Part shown: positions 13,801 through 28,800 of the stretch, one piece after another | Numbering within the stretch: the first letter of the stretch is position 1 | Layout: every line of letters begins with the position of its first letter | Assembly: GCA_040954595.2 (NCBI GenBank) | Contig: CM082595.2 | Location: 6,474,137-6,538,136 of the forward strand | DNA from: Balanoglossus misakiensis | Taxonomy: Eukaryota; Animalia; Hemichordata | Reading direction: 5' to 3' | Length of the DNA: 64,000 bases | Program-made: the position numbers and the translations under genes | The notes under the pieces: generated by a model | Told to the model about the DNA's origin: nothing | The model's database searches: none | The model's input: only the letters and a program-made list of their open reading frames with translations

Positions 13801-16800
13801 GGGGTGAATGACATTAAATCAGGTCTGGTAAGTGGAGTGAGTTTAACCCTTTCACCACCATGGTTCAGTCCAAACCCATTGTTATCTATGGAAGGTTGGA
13901 CCTCTAAAGCGGGAACTGGGGGGTGAAAGGGTTAAGAGAGTTGAGGTGTCGGGATTTGCGACTCCCCAGTTACGTAATGACCATGGCTGCATTGGATATG
14001 TGAGACATGTAAATATAGTGTGACATATGTGCACTCACAATGTGCTTGTCTTGTGATTATATGCAAAAGAAATATGTTTATGGTATTGTACGAGTTGGTT
14101 GAGTCATTACTCTTGCAAATCAGTGGTTATTTTTATCTCTCATTAATCGCTCAATCTGGTGCCTGATGAGTTTTACAGGTCAAATTGTCATTTGGAAGCT
14201 ACAGTTCTGTGTACATATATACTGTAGTCCTTTTCACATGCCAATACCAAAATAAATACAATCTTGTGATTCATCAACTTGTCTCTTTGGGCAGAGATTC
14301 ACATTCCAGGGCCTTTACTTTCCCATTAATAGTGGTTTAATTCACAATCAAAGACGGCTTCATATATTGGACTGGTGTAATGGAAGTCGCCGTTGGTCTG
14401 TCTGTCTGTGCTAGGATGGCCGTACAACATTAAACAAGTCAGAATGCTGTTATTCAGCAAGTCATTTCTCCAGACAGGAAGGCTCCATTAATTCTGAGTA
14501 ATCTGAGTGATTACTACACTTTGTGAATAATTTTTTTTATGCGAAAATGACCCTTTAACCTTGCAATTCCAGCCAAATTTCCATTTTTAATGGAGCTTTC
14601 CTGTAATAATGGTTGCAGAAAATTCATGTAATGGTGTGGAATGTTAAAAATGGTTTTGCATGCTTAAAGAAATACAATCACTTTAATTTAATTTACATGC
14701 TTGTATATATGGTCAAGAGGGTATGACTAAAATCTTCAAATGACTATGTGGTGGTGCACTATTTTTGTGTGACCACCCAAGTGAAAATCTCTGATTGGCT
14801 AGATCTGTGATTGGCTACATCTCAACTTTCAACGGTAACTGTAGCTAAATTTGTATACTTTTAGACTTGTCATTGGCTAGTTTATTTCACTATCATGATC
14901 ACCACTTTGCATTCATGGCATGTATTATTTTCATTTCATCCTACATTGCTTGTTCCGTTACTGGCTGCTGTCACGTCGCTGCTCAAAAAAAACATTTTAT
15001 TCAGGGTTTCTTACCACGTCGCCCATGATCGTTCCAGTCACACAGCCGAGCAGGATAGAGGGCAGACTGCTGGTGTCAACTCCTCGGAGGACGATGTCAC
15101 GGCGGCGTTGCTGGTTAATAGCGACTCAGAGGTAAGTTCCATGAACTGAACTTGTCTTTTCAGCAATTGACGTGAGTGATCTGGGTAAGGTAGATGACTA
15201 CCCAGATGCACTGTGTGGTAATCACATTCCATAGCCTAATACATCTAGCATTTTGAAGAAAAAAGTGTTATAATATTGCCATTTTCTTGAAATTTTTACC
15301 AAAGGTGTCGAAAAAGGAGTATCATTAAATGATCTTAAGGTGGCACTGCATGAAACCGTCGAGACTTTTTCAGAGGCCTATTTCTCATCAAAGAAAAAGT
15401 TAAAACCCCCATAAACCATATATATTCTGGAAGCTGAGTTTTTGAACTTTTGTTTGAGTTGCAAATATTATTGATCCCCGGAAATGGTGGCGATTTTGGG
15501 TGAAAAAAAACATTTTTTGATATTATGTCATGAAATTTAAAATAGGTAAAAAAGTTGACCATGCATCATGCATCTTAATATGTCATTCAAAACTAGAGTA
15601 CACGTGCAAAAAAACGCTAATTTTGTTTTGCGTTATCTGCTTCCATTGAGGAGTAACAGCGTTTAAAAGTTAGATTTTCAGAAAATTTGATCAAATTCAC
15701 GGTGAGTTGTATTGAATCAGAGTTTATTCCCGCCAGGGACACTTTACCGACAAACAAAACTAGCGTTTTGTTGGATGGGTCATACACAATTCCCTGTCAA
15801 AATTTGAGCAAATTCGGCCAACGCAGGGCGAAGCTATTTTAGTCCGAAGTTGTCAAGAGCAGCGAAAATGCAAACTGAGAAAAACGGCTATTTGCATTGT
15901 TGACACCTATTTGTTAAGCTGTGAACTCATTCAGAAAAGTGCTATTTTGGGGTGATTATGCACCATTTCCGCCAAGACGTATTAGTCAGGTTGTGGGTCA
16001 GTATTAGGCCTACCGATTTATGTAAAAAAGTAAAATTTGGCAAAAATCACAACTTTTCATGCAATGCCACCTTAAGAAAACACTATGTCACCATGCTTGA
16101 TTTTTTGATAGAGCTGTTCAGATATTGTCACCATACATGATAGGAAAACTATAGCGTTAGGAGTGCAAGAAAAGTGCTGACTCAGCATTTTCCGCGATTT
16201 CTGAAATTGAGACCCCTAACCGAAAAAGCAACATGGGAACACCCTATTTTCTCTCTACGTTTATTTTTAACATTCATCTCTAAACAATACAATTACATAC
16301 ATATCAAAATCATGAAAATGACAATATTCTAACTTTAGAGTACATGTAGTACACTACCTTTCTAAATGCAAATGCCCATGAGTCTTTTGGTTGACGCATC
16401 TCGCAATTCCTTGCAGATACGAATGAAGTACTTCAACCACCAGAAAGTGTTGTATGTGTGGGATCAGGGCACTCACACATACGCCAAACTTTTGGGACTG
16501 GATTCCGGGGTGAAGTGCGCCGAGTTCTACGAAACATACCTTGGTTTTAGTGTGGCAGAGCAGAGCAAAAGGTAACTATGTCTACAAAACTGAAGTTGTA
16601 GCCAGAACATTTGGTAGAACTTAAAGTTAAACTTAAAGGGACAAAGTCTCTTTCTCGCTACCTTTGCCCATTAGTTATGTTTGATACAAGACACCGTTTA
16701 TATTATTCTACATGTGGATATATAGTGAATCAATGTTCAACCACACACACCCTTCCACCCAAATTGTAGACATGAGAGTGAAAAACTCGCCAAAATGAAT

Positions 16801-19800
16801 AATTTGTGTTTACCATTTATTCATTTTGCCGTGATTTTTACTCTCATATCCTACAAACGGGGTGGAAGTTGTGTGTGGACAAACTTTGATTCACTATATA
16901 TCCACATGTAGGATAACATAAACGGTGTCTTGTATCAAACATAATTAATGAAAAAATGGCAGTGAGAGAGAGACTTTGTCCCTTTAAGATTTTCTTTATT
17001 TCAAAAGATTTGGTTGTCAATATTATGTTCAACACATAATTTATAGAGAATTTTGAATGTTTTTATTATAGACTTTAAAAAGAAATTTCTACATTGATGA
17101 CTAACACGCACCAGTTATATAAATAGGGAATTAAAATGAAACAGCAGGGATATAGAGATTATATGGTGGATGTTAATTATAGATTATTTATGACATGTTC
17201 TGCACTGTAATACAGGAATGTGTTGTGTGTTTTTCAGATTGGCAGTGTATGGAAGCAACAACATTGATATTGAGGTCAAGTCGTACGCCCGGCTACTTTT
17301 TGAAGAGGCAAGTGAAAGAATGATTGCCTTGAGTCCCTGTTTTCAGTAAAAATTGAACCAACCCCATTGTTAACAATGGTGTGGTTGAATCCATAAACGG
17401 GAGAATGGGGTAGGGTGGGGTGAGGAAAGAGACTTTTGTGATATTTTTCCTCGGGTACTTTTTTTGCCATTGAGTTTAATGTTTCTGTGTCAAGTGGGGA
17501 CAGCCATTAGTGCATAAATAGGCTAAGTACACTCACCTTGGTTGTCAGAAATTTTAATAGCTAACAGACTTTTTACACCAGAAATAATCACTGATTTTCA
17601 TTCTAAAGATTGATGTGGAACATTAGTAAATGTTGTGATTCCGTCTCATTATCAATATCGATTCTAATCAACACCTTGTACCATTTCCATTGCTAAGCAA
17701 TCATTTCCCCTGTCATACTTTTCACAGGTTTTAAACCCATTTTACATTTTTCAAGTCTTCAGTGTTGTCCTGTGGATGGCAGAAGAGTATTATTATTATG
17801 CTACTTGTATTATTTTTATATCGACGATATCCATTTCTGTTTCTCTGTACGAGACCCGTAGGGTAAGTATATGGAGTAGGGTTAGCTCACTATTTTCAAA
17901 GCACATGGCATACAAATTGTACTTCTTGTGAAGGGCACAGTTCTTGGATATCTTTCTTGAAGATTTTACTATACTTCATGTTTGTCTGATTTGCTTGTTA
18001 ATGTATTACCATGTATGATACTGATTCAACCAATGACTGCAGAAAATGGATGAGGTATAATACAAAGTGATGTTCTGTGACAATCTCTGGTGTTTGTGGG
18101 TGTTCGTTCAATGTGTGTAATCAGAATACATTCTTCTTTTTTCAGCAAAGTATCACACTGCGAAACATGGTGGCACACAGCAGCACAGTACATGTTTGCA
18201 GAGGAAGTGAAGGTATTGTATCTTTGCTTATATTAACACTTAAATTTACACTTTTGTCCGACATGTCTCATTTCAAAAGGCCATCTGCTGTATACAACAT
18301 AGTGAGTGGCCATCTTGACTTGGCCATTAGTGTTTAAATCACTAGAGCATTAACCCTAGTGCTACTGGGTGTCATACCTGTTTAGAGTCTCAAGTCCCTT
18401 AAAATACGTAGTTGCCATTTTTTCTTCTAAAATGTATTTTGACTGTCTTGACATGGCTCTCATACGTACTTAGACACACTTGGCAGTCTGAGCCCCCTGT
18501 AAAATGTACCAAATCGCATTGGTTTGCACTGTATTGGTCTGAGGGTCTTGTATAGGCCCTACTGATTAACACGGACTTGGCAGTTTAACAGGCCTTGGAG
18601 CCAGGATTCTAGGCACCCTGGAAATCAAACCAGTTTCAACTGACTTGGCAGTGTAAGGGTTTGCACTGTATTGGTCTGAGGGTCTTGTATAGGCCCTACT
18701 GAATAACACACACTTGGCAGTCTAACAGGCCTGGGAGCCAGGAATCTAGGCACCCTGGAAATCAAACCAGTTTCAACTTACTTGGCAGCGTTAGGGTTAA
18801 ACTTGTTGGCATTCTGTTTCAGAATACGAAGTGAATGCAGAGTTTCTGGTGCCTGGTGATGTCATACTGATTCCCTCTACGGGATGTATGATGAACTGTG
18901 ATGCTGTCTTGATCAGTGGAAACTGTATTGTCAATGAGAGTATGTTGACAGGTGAGCCAAGCCAATTGTAACTCCAGCTAGTTTCCTCTGTGTTACAACA
19001 AGTAAACATTAACATCGCTTCAAAACCAGACCACTTGCCTAAAATTTACTAGATTTTTATTTATTTTTTCTTTTCCAGGTGAAAGTGTACCGATAACCAA
19101 AACCCCACTGCCCCACACTCACAGCACTTCAAGTGCAGAGTCGCCGATCTACCGACCGGAGGAACATAAACGACACACTTTGTTCTGTGGGACGCACGTG
19201 ATACAGACCAGATACTACGGAAGTGAGAAGGTCAAGGCTGTGGTTGTTAGGACAGGTGTGAAAGGATTTTGTTTCTGATTTTTTTGTATGTAGATTTTCA
19301 GAATGTGTCACTTGGAAAAAATACAGTTACATAATTTTGTATTTCCCTGTTAACTATGACCTTGTTCTGTGCTTTTCACCATATAAGGAGTAATGTGAAA
19401 GCTTTTTTCTTGCCGTATAAGGAAAACTGGATTTTGCTATGTTAGAAAATCAACTCTTCATCTTATACTAAGGGTCATTGTGATTTTTCTGCACAAGGCA
19501 ATTGACATAATTATGTTTTAATTGGCTAAGTAAAAATTGCCATTTTATTGTCATCCTAGTATAACAAAATGAACGTATTGCTAATTAGGAAAAATGGCCT
19601 ACTGTGTGGAGAAATTTACATTCTTGCATTAATCTTTCAGGATTCATGACAGCCAAGGGTGAATTGGTGAGGTCGATCTTGTTCCCCAAACCAATGGGTT
19701 TTAGATTCTACACAGATGCTATGAAGTTCATTGGTGTACTCACTGTCCTTGGTTAGTAGTCTGATATAGTGGTTTAGAAATTCTTGTGAATTTGAGAAAA

Positions 19801-22800
19801 AATATGATATGATTTTTTGAGTAGGATTTTTAATAGTGTATGTCATTGGTCAAAGTTCAAAATTCATAGTCTGGGTGTTAATTTGTTTTGTCGTGTTCTT
19901 TTCAGCTTTACTTGGTCTTACCTACTCTCTGACAATCTTCATATTAAACGGGGTAAGTTGCTTTTTCTGCGTCAGCATCTCCAGTGTATTCAAGTTCTGT
20001 CAAAACATATGGAGCTTCACAGTGGTGGCCATATTTTGGTTGCACACCAAGATATTTTATCTACATTCTAATTTACTCGTATTTCTTGTACAACCATTGT
20101 AATAAACACACACGCATGAGTTTTGAGTACAATAACATAGAAAGACTTTTGTTTGAAACTGAAATCACAGAAAACAACATTTAAGTACACAGCTACTCCG
20201 ACCATAAAGGTGCAGTCTCGAGTATGTACACACGTGTCTGTCCCTTTAACCCTTTCACCACCATGGTTTGGCCCAAATTCATTGTTTTCTACGGTGAAGG
20301 TGGACCTCTATAGAGGGAACTAGGGGTGAAAGTGTTGTAAGTGTTGCATTTCCATTGCAATTTCACAGGTGCCAATTGAAGACATCATCTTCAAAGGTTT
20401 GGACATCTTCACCATTGCTGTGCCGCCAGCTCTGCCCGCTGCCATGACAGTTGGGACGGTGTACGCACAGAGCAGACTGAAAAAGCAGGGAATATTCTGC
20501 ATCAGTCCGCCAAGGATTAATGTCTGTGGGAAGATTAAGTTGGTCTGTTTCGATAAGGTATGTGTTGGCTTGTGGTATGTTGGGAACTTGTGGGCTAGAG
20601 AAAGCATTTCATTTTGATACAGATAGTATTGTACATGGACGGGACTAAGTTCTTGTAAGTGTTTTTGCAATATCAGCAGTTTCTCCATGTTGACCCTTGA
20701 ACCCGTAGTGGTCTATGATATCAAGTTTTCTCTTGTGAGTCAGGTTCGCAGGTTTAATATCTTGATGATCATCCTTTTTTGCGGAGTTGGCACATATTTC
20801 AGTGGCCATGTTGGATTTCAAATTTGCAGATAATTTGAACAAAAATATTGTTCGTGGATGGCACATGTTCCTATGTATTGTATGTAAATACACATTTAGG
20901 TCTTAGCCATATCATTGTTCGTTTCTCATTGTATGCCCTTATCAACAGCATTGAAATCTCCAGATTTGTATACATGCAGACCATATTGTGATAATCACGA
21001 AGGTGAACACACTAACATGTTTTGTAAAATATTATCTCACACCTTTTTTTCTTATGTGATTTCAGACTGGCACCTTAACTGAGGATGGCATGGACCTGTG
21101 GGGTGTGGTGCCCTTACAAGCCGAGCACTTCCTGCCAGTGGTGCAGAAAGTTGGCGAGCTGCCTAGGGGGCCCTTCCTGGCTGCCATGGCAACGTGCCAC
21201 TCCCTGACAATGATTGATGGGAACCTGACGGGAGACCCCCTAGATATGAAGATGTTTGAAGCCACAAATTGGGTGTGTAGGCAAATACGTTGAAATTTTC
21301 GCGAATTACGCGAGAGCCAAAATAGCATGAAAATAAAAAGTCTGTAACAATTTTTTGAAGATAACAATGCAGTGAATGAAATAAGAGAACGCGAAAATTA
21401 ATACTCGCGAAACAGTGGCCTCTCTCGATATCGCAAAAATTTTAACTCGCGAACATAAATTGTTTTACAGTATCAGTTGAATGGTATCTGTAGGGATCCC
21501 ATAATAAAATGACATATGATAAAGGGGAATTTCGGTGTGTCTGAATTTTACAGCTGGGCTAGCTTTGGGATCGTTTTTTCAGGAAGCGCTAGTATACCAT
21601 ATATAACTTGCAAATGCATGCTGCCCAGCTTGTGTACTATTTGTGTGAAAGCAATAGATGCAGGCAATTGATGTTCTGGCACACATATACATTTTTAAAA
21701 AAGGTCATCACTAGAAATATAGAACTGCAGCAAAGCAGAAAATATCCAGTATATGAGTATTTAAACTGGGTCCAAACTTAAAGATATGCCTCTAATGGAA
21801 AAATGCTGCTCACTAATTTCTGGAAAATAGCAATTTGACCTCAATATCTCTGGAAAATTTATCAGAAAAAATTCCCAGAAAGTCATGGATTGTTGTATAT
21901 GCTGTTGGCTATCCAAATACTACAGTAGTGTTTTTCCAAGTAATGGTTGTTGGCAACTGGTCACAGTTTATCACCAATTTAATTTATGTCATCCAAAAAG
22001 TAAACTTTCAACTGAACTCACATAGTTTTATTGACATCCTTTATTTGCCAGAATTGAGTCATGTGAGGTTAAAGGTATATGAGCTGCAACTGGATAAAAA
22101 ATTAAAGTTTTAAATAATCTCATATTATGTCTATTAAATGATATTTCATGATAATATATCAAGATCAACACTTATTTATGACAAAATGGCCAAAAAAATA
22201 AAGAAAAACGAAAATTCCTGCAATTTTAAAAATGAAAGCAACATTTTCGTTGTTTCTTGCATTTTCTCACGGTGGCGGCCATAATCGCTTGCGGCAAAGC
22301 TTTATTATTTATCTGGTTAAAACTTACATGTGCACTCACATTTAGGGTTTATAATGCTTGTGTATAGTTCCCTGCCTTCATCTGCATGGACTAATGGTAG
22401 TGCAGTGTGAAACAAAAATTATGAAAATTATCCCAAAAGTTGCAGCTTACGTGCCTTTAATATTTGTGATGATTTTTGTTCTCTGCTTTAGCTGTTGGAA
22501 GAGCCTGGAAAAGACAGCACCAAATTCGACTCCATTATGCCCACTGTGGTGAAACCAATTACGGCTGATACATTTCTGTCGGAGGATGCCTCGGAGGTGA
22601 GTGCATACAATCCCATTTCTCAGTAGAGGTTGGTTCAGTGGTATGGGTTGATCCACATTTTGTTCCCACAGAATTGTCTATTTCCACACAAGGATATTCA
22701 GCATGGAAATTAATTTTGCTCAAACTTATACTTCTGAATCTGTGTTATTTAACAATACCTTTGACCCTAAAGCTACTGGGTGTCATACTTGTTTAGAGTG

Positions 22801-25800
22801 TCAAGTCCCTTAGAATACGTATTTGCCACTTTTTCTTCTAAAACATATTTTGACTGTCTTGACATGGCTCTCATACGTACTTTGACACACTTGGCAGTCC
22901 GAGCCCCCTGTAAATGGTACCAAATCACACTGGTTTGCACTGTATTGGTCTGAGGGTCTTGTATAGGCCCTACTGAATAACACACACTTGGCAGTCCGAG
23001 CCCCCTGTAAATGGTACCAAATCACACTGGTTTGCACTGTATTGGTCTGAGGGTCTTGTATAGGCCCTACTGAATAACACACACTTGGCAGTCTGAGCCC
23101 CCTGTAAAATGTACCAAATCACACTGGTTTGCACTGTATTCTTCTGAGGGTCTTGTATAGGCCCTACTGAATAACACACACTTGGCAGTCCGAGCCCCCT
23201 GTAAATGGTACCAAATCACACTGGTTTGCACTGTATTGGTCTGAGGGTCTTGTATAGGCCCTACTGAATAACACACACTTGGCAGTCTGAGCCCCCTGTA
23301 AAATGTACCAGATCGCACTGGTTTGCACTGTATTCTTCTGAGGGTCTTGTATAGGCCCTACTGATTAATACGCACTTGGTAGTCTAACAGGGAGCCAAGA
23401 TTCTAAGTACTGTACTCAAGTGAAATAGGCAGCTTTGCCCTGGTTGGGTGAAACAGGTTTTTGAACCTCGAATATGTGATAAACCCCAGATTTGTGAAGT
23501 ATAATTGATCAGTAACTACCATGATAGATGATTTAACCTTTAGGGTTTTTCAGGTAATCGTGTTTTGCGACACTAGATGGGGCCTGGATATTAGATGGAT
23601 GTGTCAGTGTGCCCTGGTTTTCATGCTTATGGGCTTTTAACACATTCCTGAAAGTGCTGGGATTTCAGTCACTCCAGGGCAGACCCTGAAAGTCCTGGGA
23701 AAACATAATTTACTCCCAGATGAGAAGGTCGTGAAAAATTGATTTTCCCACTAAATATGAATGTAGCATTAGTAGTAATTGTTGACTATTTTGCAGTTCT
23801 TTTCTGTGTAGTGTATTAACTGGAATTTCTTGTTCTACTCTCTGTAGCGTGATAAAATTAAGCAATAAAACACCCCCAGCCATGGTATACCACGAGATTT
23901 TGACCAGTTCACGACATATACGCACGAGCGATAGCGAGTGCGTATATGGAGTTGAACTGGTCAAAATCGAGTGGTATACCATGGCTGGGGGTGTTTTATT
24001 GCTATTATATTATACCAGTATATTGAAACTTTGCATAAAACATTTTAAAAAGGCATTTTCTTTGACTATGATATATGACTGTGGTATATGGCTAATATAT
24101 CACGGTCACGTGTTGTGTTTCGACCAATCAAATAGCGTGATTTACACCATCAATATACTGGTATAATATAATGTCCAATATTCTGCTTATAAGCATAGCC
24201 TGTACATGCATCACGACATTTTTTATTGTAGACAATAAATAACAGTATGCAGATTCAATTTTTAACACTGATAATAGCATACCAAGAAAAATACAGTTAG
24301 AACAGTAAAAATAATTCATTTTTTTGGCATATTTTTCCACTAGGTCCCATATGAGATTGGTATCGTACGACAGTTTCCCTTCTCATCAGGGTTACAACGG
24401 ATGAGTGTGATCACTAGGACCCTGGGTGCAACCAACATGGATGTCTATGTGAAAGGAGCCCCTGAAATGGTTGCCTCTCTATCTCTGAACGAAACCAGTG
24501 AGTGTAGATTATTATATTACAGACTCCTGCTTTGTTGAAAATCCATGCTTGTATCTGTAGTCAATAGTCTTGTCTGTTACTGTTAGTATCCCTGAAGCAA
24601 ATGATCACTGATAGTATCAGTAATGTTTGTATTAAAGGGGCAAAGTCTCTCTCGCTGCCCTTTATCCATGAATTATGTTTGATACAAGACACTGTTTGTG
24701 TTATTCCACATGTGGATATATAGTGAATAAACGTTCGATAACACACAACTTCCATCCTGTTTGTAGGATATGAGGGTAAAAATCTCGCCAAAATGAATAA
24801 ATGGTAAACACCTATTATTCATTTTGGTGAGTTTTTCACTCTTGTGTCTGCAAGTGGGATGGAAGTTGTGTGTAGTCAAACATTGATTAACTATATATCC
24901 CCATGTAGAATAACATAAATGGTGTCTTGTATCAAACATAATTATTGGAAAAAGGGAAGTGAGAGAGAGACTTTGTCCCTTTAATATATGGGTAGTGCCC
25001 ACATGTGGGGTAGAATAAAAAGAAATATTTTGCCGTAATGTAAAAATTAAAAAAAAAATCTTGTTTTTTATCTTGTGATTTTTTGGTTCATTTTGAACAG
25101 TTCCTGGTGACTTCCATGAAGTTCTGCACAACTACACCAAACAGGGTTTCCGTGTGATAGCTCTGGCTTGGAGATCCATGGAAAGCAAGTTTTCCTGGCA
25201 CCAAGCACATCGCATTCCAAGGTAAAGGTTTATTGATTGAATAGTCTTCCACAGGGACTTTATTTTTGTGCTGCAGTTTTCACTGCTGTGGAGGTTCATA
25301 TGAGTACTATTTTGAAATTCCTTCATCATGTATTCAGGCTGACCTGATTGACTGATGAATTCTACAGTAAATGTACGGTCATATGTACATCCGAAAGAAA
25401 CAAGAACATTCCTCTTTCAGTTTTTTGACAGAACAAAGCAACTAATCTGCATGTGGCAATTATTTTTTCCAAAAAAATCTATCACTCAAAGATATTATGT
25501 ATGATTGTTCTTTGTGTTTGTAGAACCGATGTCGAGAGTGACCTGAATTTCCTGGGCCTGTTGATAATGCAGAATACCCTGAAGCCAGAGACGACTCCCA
25601 TCATTCACCAGTTGAAGAGAGCCAACATACGGACAGTCATGGTAACGGGTAAGTTTTGGTTACACCAGAAATCTCTCATTTATTTTTCTTTCAGATGCAA
25701 TTATTTTCCTCACAACAGATTAGTTGACTGTAAAATCAACAAAATGTGCCTGGTTTGTATTTTGTAGCTACGGTTATTGGACGTTTAACCTGAGGGGATG

Positions 25801-28800
25801 TTTCAACCATATGTTTCAGTTGCTTAAGAGTACTTGTAAATTATGACATCACAGCCCATCTTGCATGCATATTATGAGTCCTTCATGAAAAAATATCATC
25901 CGATTGGCATTCTCTTTCAACGATACATGTAAAGGCCTTGAAAAGAATGTCCTCTCGTGACCTTTCCATGAACATGGAGCTACCAACAGGAGAATTACTG
26001 TAAAACACAATATTTTCGTGAGCAATAAATTTTCGTGAAATACGCGAGAGCCGAAATAGCGTGAACATAAAAAGTCGCGTAATTTTTTTTGGAAGACAAC
26101 GATGCAGTGAAGGAATTAAGAGAACGCGAAAATTAATACTCGCGAAACAGTGGCCTCTCTAGATATTGCGAAAATTTCAACTCACGAAAATAAAGTGTTT
26201 TACAGTATCATGCAGGCAGCGCCCTTTCTGTTCACAGCAAAAGAATCTCTTGTTTTTCCAACTGATACTGAGTCCGTCCCCACTTCTCTTGCAGGTGATA
26301 ACATGCTTACAGCAGTCAGTGTAGCCAAGGACTGTGGTATGGTGGACACGAAAGAAAAAGTGATTCTCGTGAATGGCACTCCGCCAACCGACAGCAAACC
26401 GGCCAGTCTCTCCTGGGCCTATGATGAAAACCCAAAGAGTGGTGACATCATCGAACAGACGGGAAATATTCAAAACACAGATGGCGATATACAGGTAGTG
26501 TAGGACGAGTCGAGCATATTATAAAATGGAGAGCCAGATACTGTAAAACACTGTATTCTCGCAAGTTAAATTTTTCGCGATATCGAGAGAGGCCACTGTT
26601 TCGTGTGTATTAATTTTCGCGTTCTCTTATTTCATTCACTGCATCGTTATCTTCAAAAACAATGTACGCGACTTTTTATTTTCACGCTATTTTGGCTTTC
26701 GTGTATTTGGCGAAAATTAATTGCTTGTGAAAATAAAGTGTTTTACAGTAGTTTCCCAACTGTCTTTTCTAGTAACCTTGGCGAAATATCGATTGAAAGA
26801 AGGACCTTTTTTTTTAATTCCCAGACGTATCACCACGCTCTGGTCATTGAGGAAACGAAGTTCCACTTTGCTGTCAGTGGGAAAACATTTGCAGTCATTC
26901 GGAACCACTTTCCGGATTTGCTGCAAAAGGTGAGAGTTCATTATTGTTTTTACTATGCAAATTAATGCAAATTCCTACGCATTTTTGTCCTCTGGAGTTT
27001 TACCTGTAAATAGCTAGGCAGAATGGTTGACCATGCTTGAAACCATTTTTGTTCCTGCTTTAGATCATTGTGAGGGGCACGGTGTTTGCCCGTATGTCTC
27101 CCGATCAGAAAACACAGCTGGTAGAAGCACTGCAAGAAATAGGGTAAAATGCATGTAAAATTACATTTCATGTATGTTTAGACTATTTGAGTTCATACAT
27201 TGCATGCACACATTATTTCTCACAAATTGATAGTTTTACTTTAGAATGAGTGCCTTTATTCTACATACCAGTACAAACTGATGTTACTTGCATAAATGTT
27301 GCTTGCGTTTTATGCTTTCTATGTACATTTATCTGACCCGGGAGCTTTGTTTTTCAGGTATATTGTTGGCATGTGTGGTGATGGTGCTAACGATTGTGGA
27401 GCGCTGAAGACAGCCCATGCTGGTATATCACTCTCAGAGGCTGAAGCATCAGTGGCCTCACCGTTTACGTCCAAGACTCCCAATATTACATGTGTGCCAA
27501 CTGTCATCAGGTAAAACCTTAGTGTGTGTGTATGCGCGCGTGTGTGCATGCACGTGTACGCACATGTTTTTATCATCTACTGTAAAACACATTATTTTCG
27601 CGAGCAATAAATTCTTGCGAAATACGGGAGGGCCAAAATAGCGTGAAAATAAAAAGTTGCGTAAATTTTTTTGAAGATAACGATGCAGTGAATGAAATAA
27701 GAGAACGCGAAAATTAATACTTGCGAAGAGTGGCCTCTCTCGATATCGCGAAGATTCCAACTCGCAAAAATAAAGTGTTTTACAGTATATGGTGCCATTG
27801 TTGGATGGCATATGTGCAACTGAATTGTTTCAGAATTCAAGATCTTGAAAGAGGGTTTGGTCAAAATTCTATTTACATATTTGTAGCTTCATGATGTAAG
27901 TCCAAAATAACACACTCTGATTTTAATTTTCTCATCTGTGCCACGTCTTTCATTTTTTTTTTGCAGAGAGGGCAGGGCAGCACTTATCACTTCATTTGGT
28001 GTCTTTAAATACATGGCCTTGTACAGTATGGTCCAGTTCGTTTCAGTCATGATTTTGTATTATGTAAGTAGTCAGTTTATTGTTGTTGGGAGATGGGGAA
28101 CTGATATCTGATCAATAGAGTCAGCTGGCTTAGAAAACTAATGGATTAGTATCTGGGTGTAATTCATGTATTTTAATGCATTTTAGTTTACTTCAGTATA
28201 GATGTTAGTGTCATCATTAGGTAATGGTATAACATTAATAAATGAGTCAGACAGAAATCAAGGAAGAGAGAGCCCATTCAAACATAATGTTGACGTTTAC
28301 TCTAACATTTGTACAATGGTTATGGTCTAACTACAATGTATCACATGATAAGTGAAAAATCCCACCCATATTGAATTTATTTTGTTCAGGTTTTTTACTC
28401 ATCTATAACAAAGTAAATTTATAACAAAATAAAAATCACAAAATATCACTTACTGATGTTTTCATAGCAGCTATGTAATTCTGTGTTTCTTTCTCTCTCT
28501 CAACAGATTCAGTCCAATTTAGGTGACATGCAGTTTCTTTATGTAGATTTAGTAATCACCACAACAGTGGCAGTTCTCAGTAAGTATTATGAGTTTTGAA
28601 ATCTCAGCAAGTGGCCTTTCACCATATCAGTGCAATGAAAAAGTTAAAAACCATGTGGTTGTACCAATTTTAGTGACATGTGGGGAAGCTCCTAAAGAAA
28701 GTAGATATCTTTCTCTTTTGAAGAGTTTCAAAGATGTCTTCCAATTTTGGGGTTGTGCATTCATAGCTAGTCATCCATCATATATGGCAAGACTTCAGAA

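Noticed and set aside
22885-23385. Regular repeat array that could be mistaken for CRISPR
   Set aside because: The units are contiguous near-identical 97-mers with no unique spacers, lie in a eukaryotic intron and derive from MITE family D. There are no cas genes.
24673-25131. 152-aa minus-strand ORF and similar ORFs at 10920, 16844, 41686 and 53048 with shared peptide motifs
   Set aside because: The shared motifs come from the non-coding palindromic family A MITE; there is no transposase (DDE) signature.
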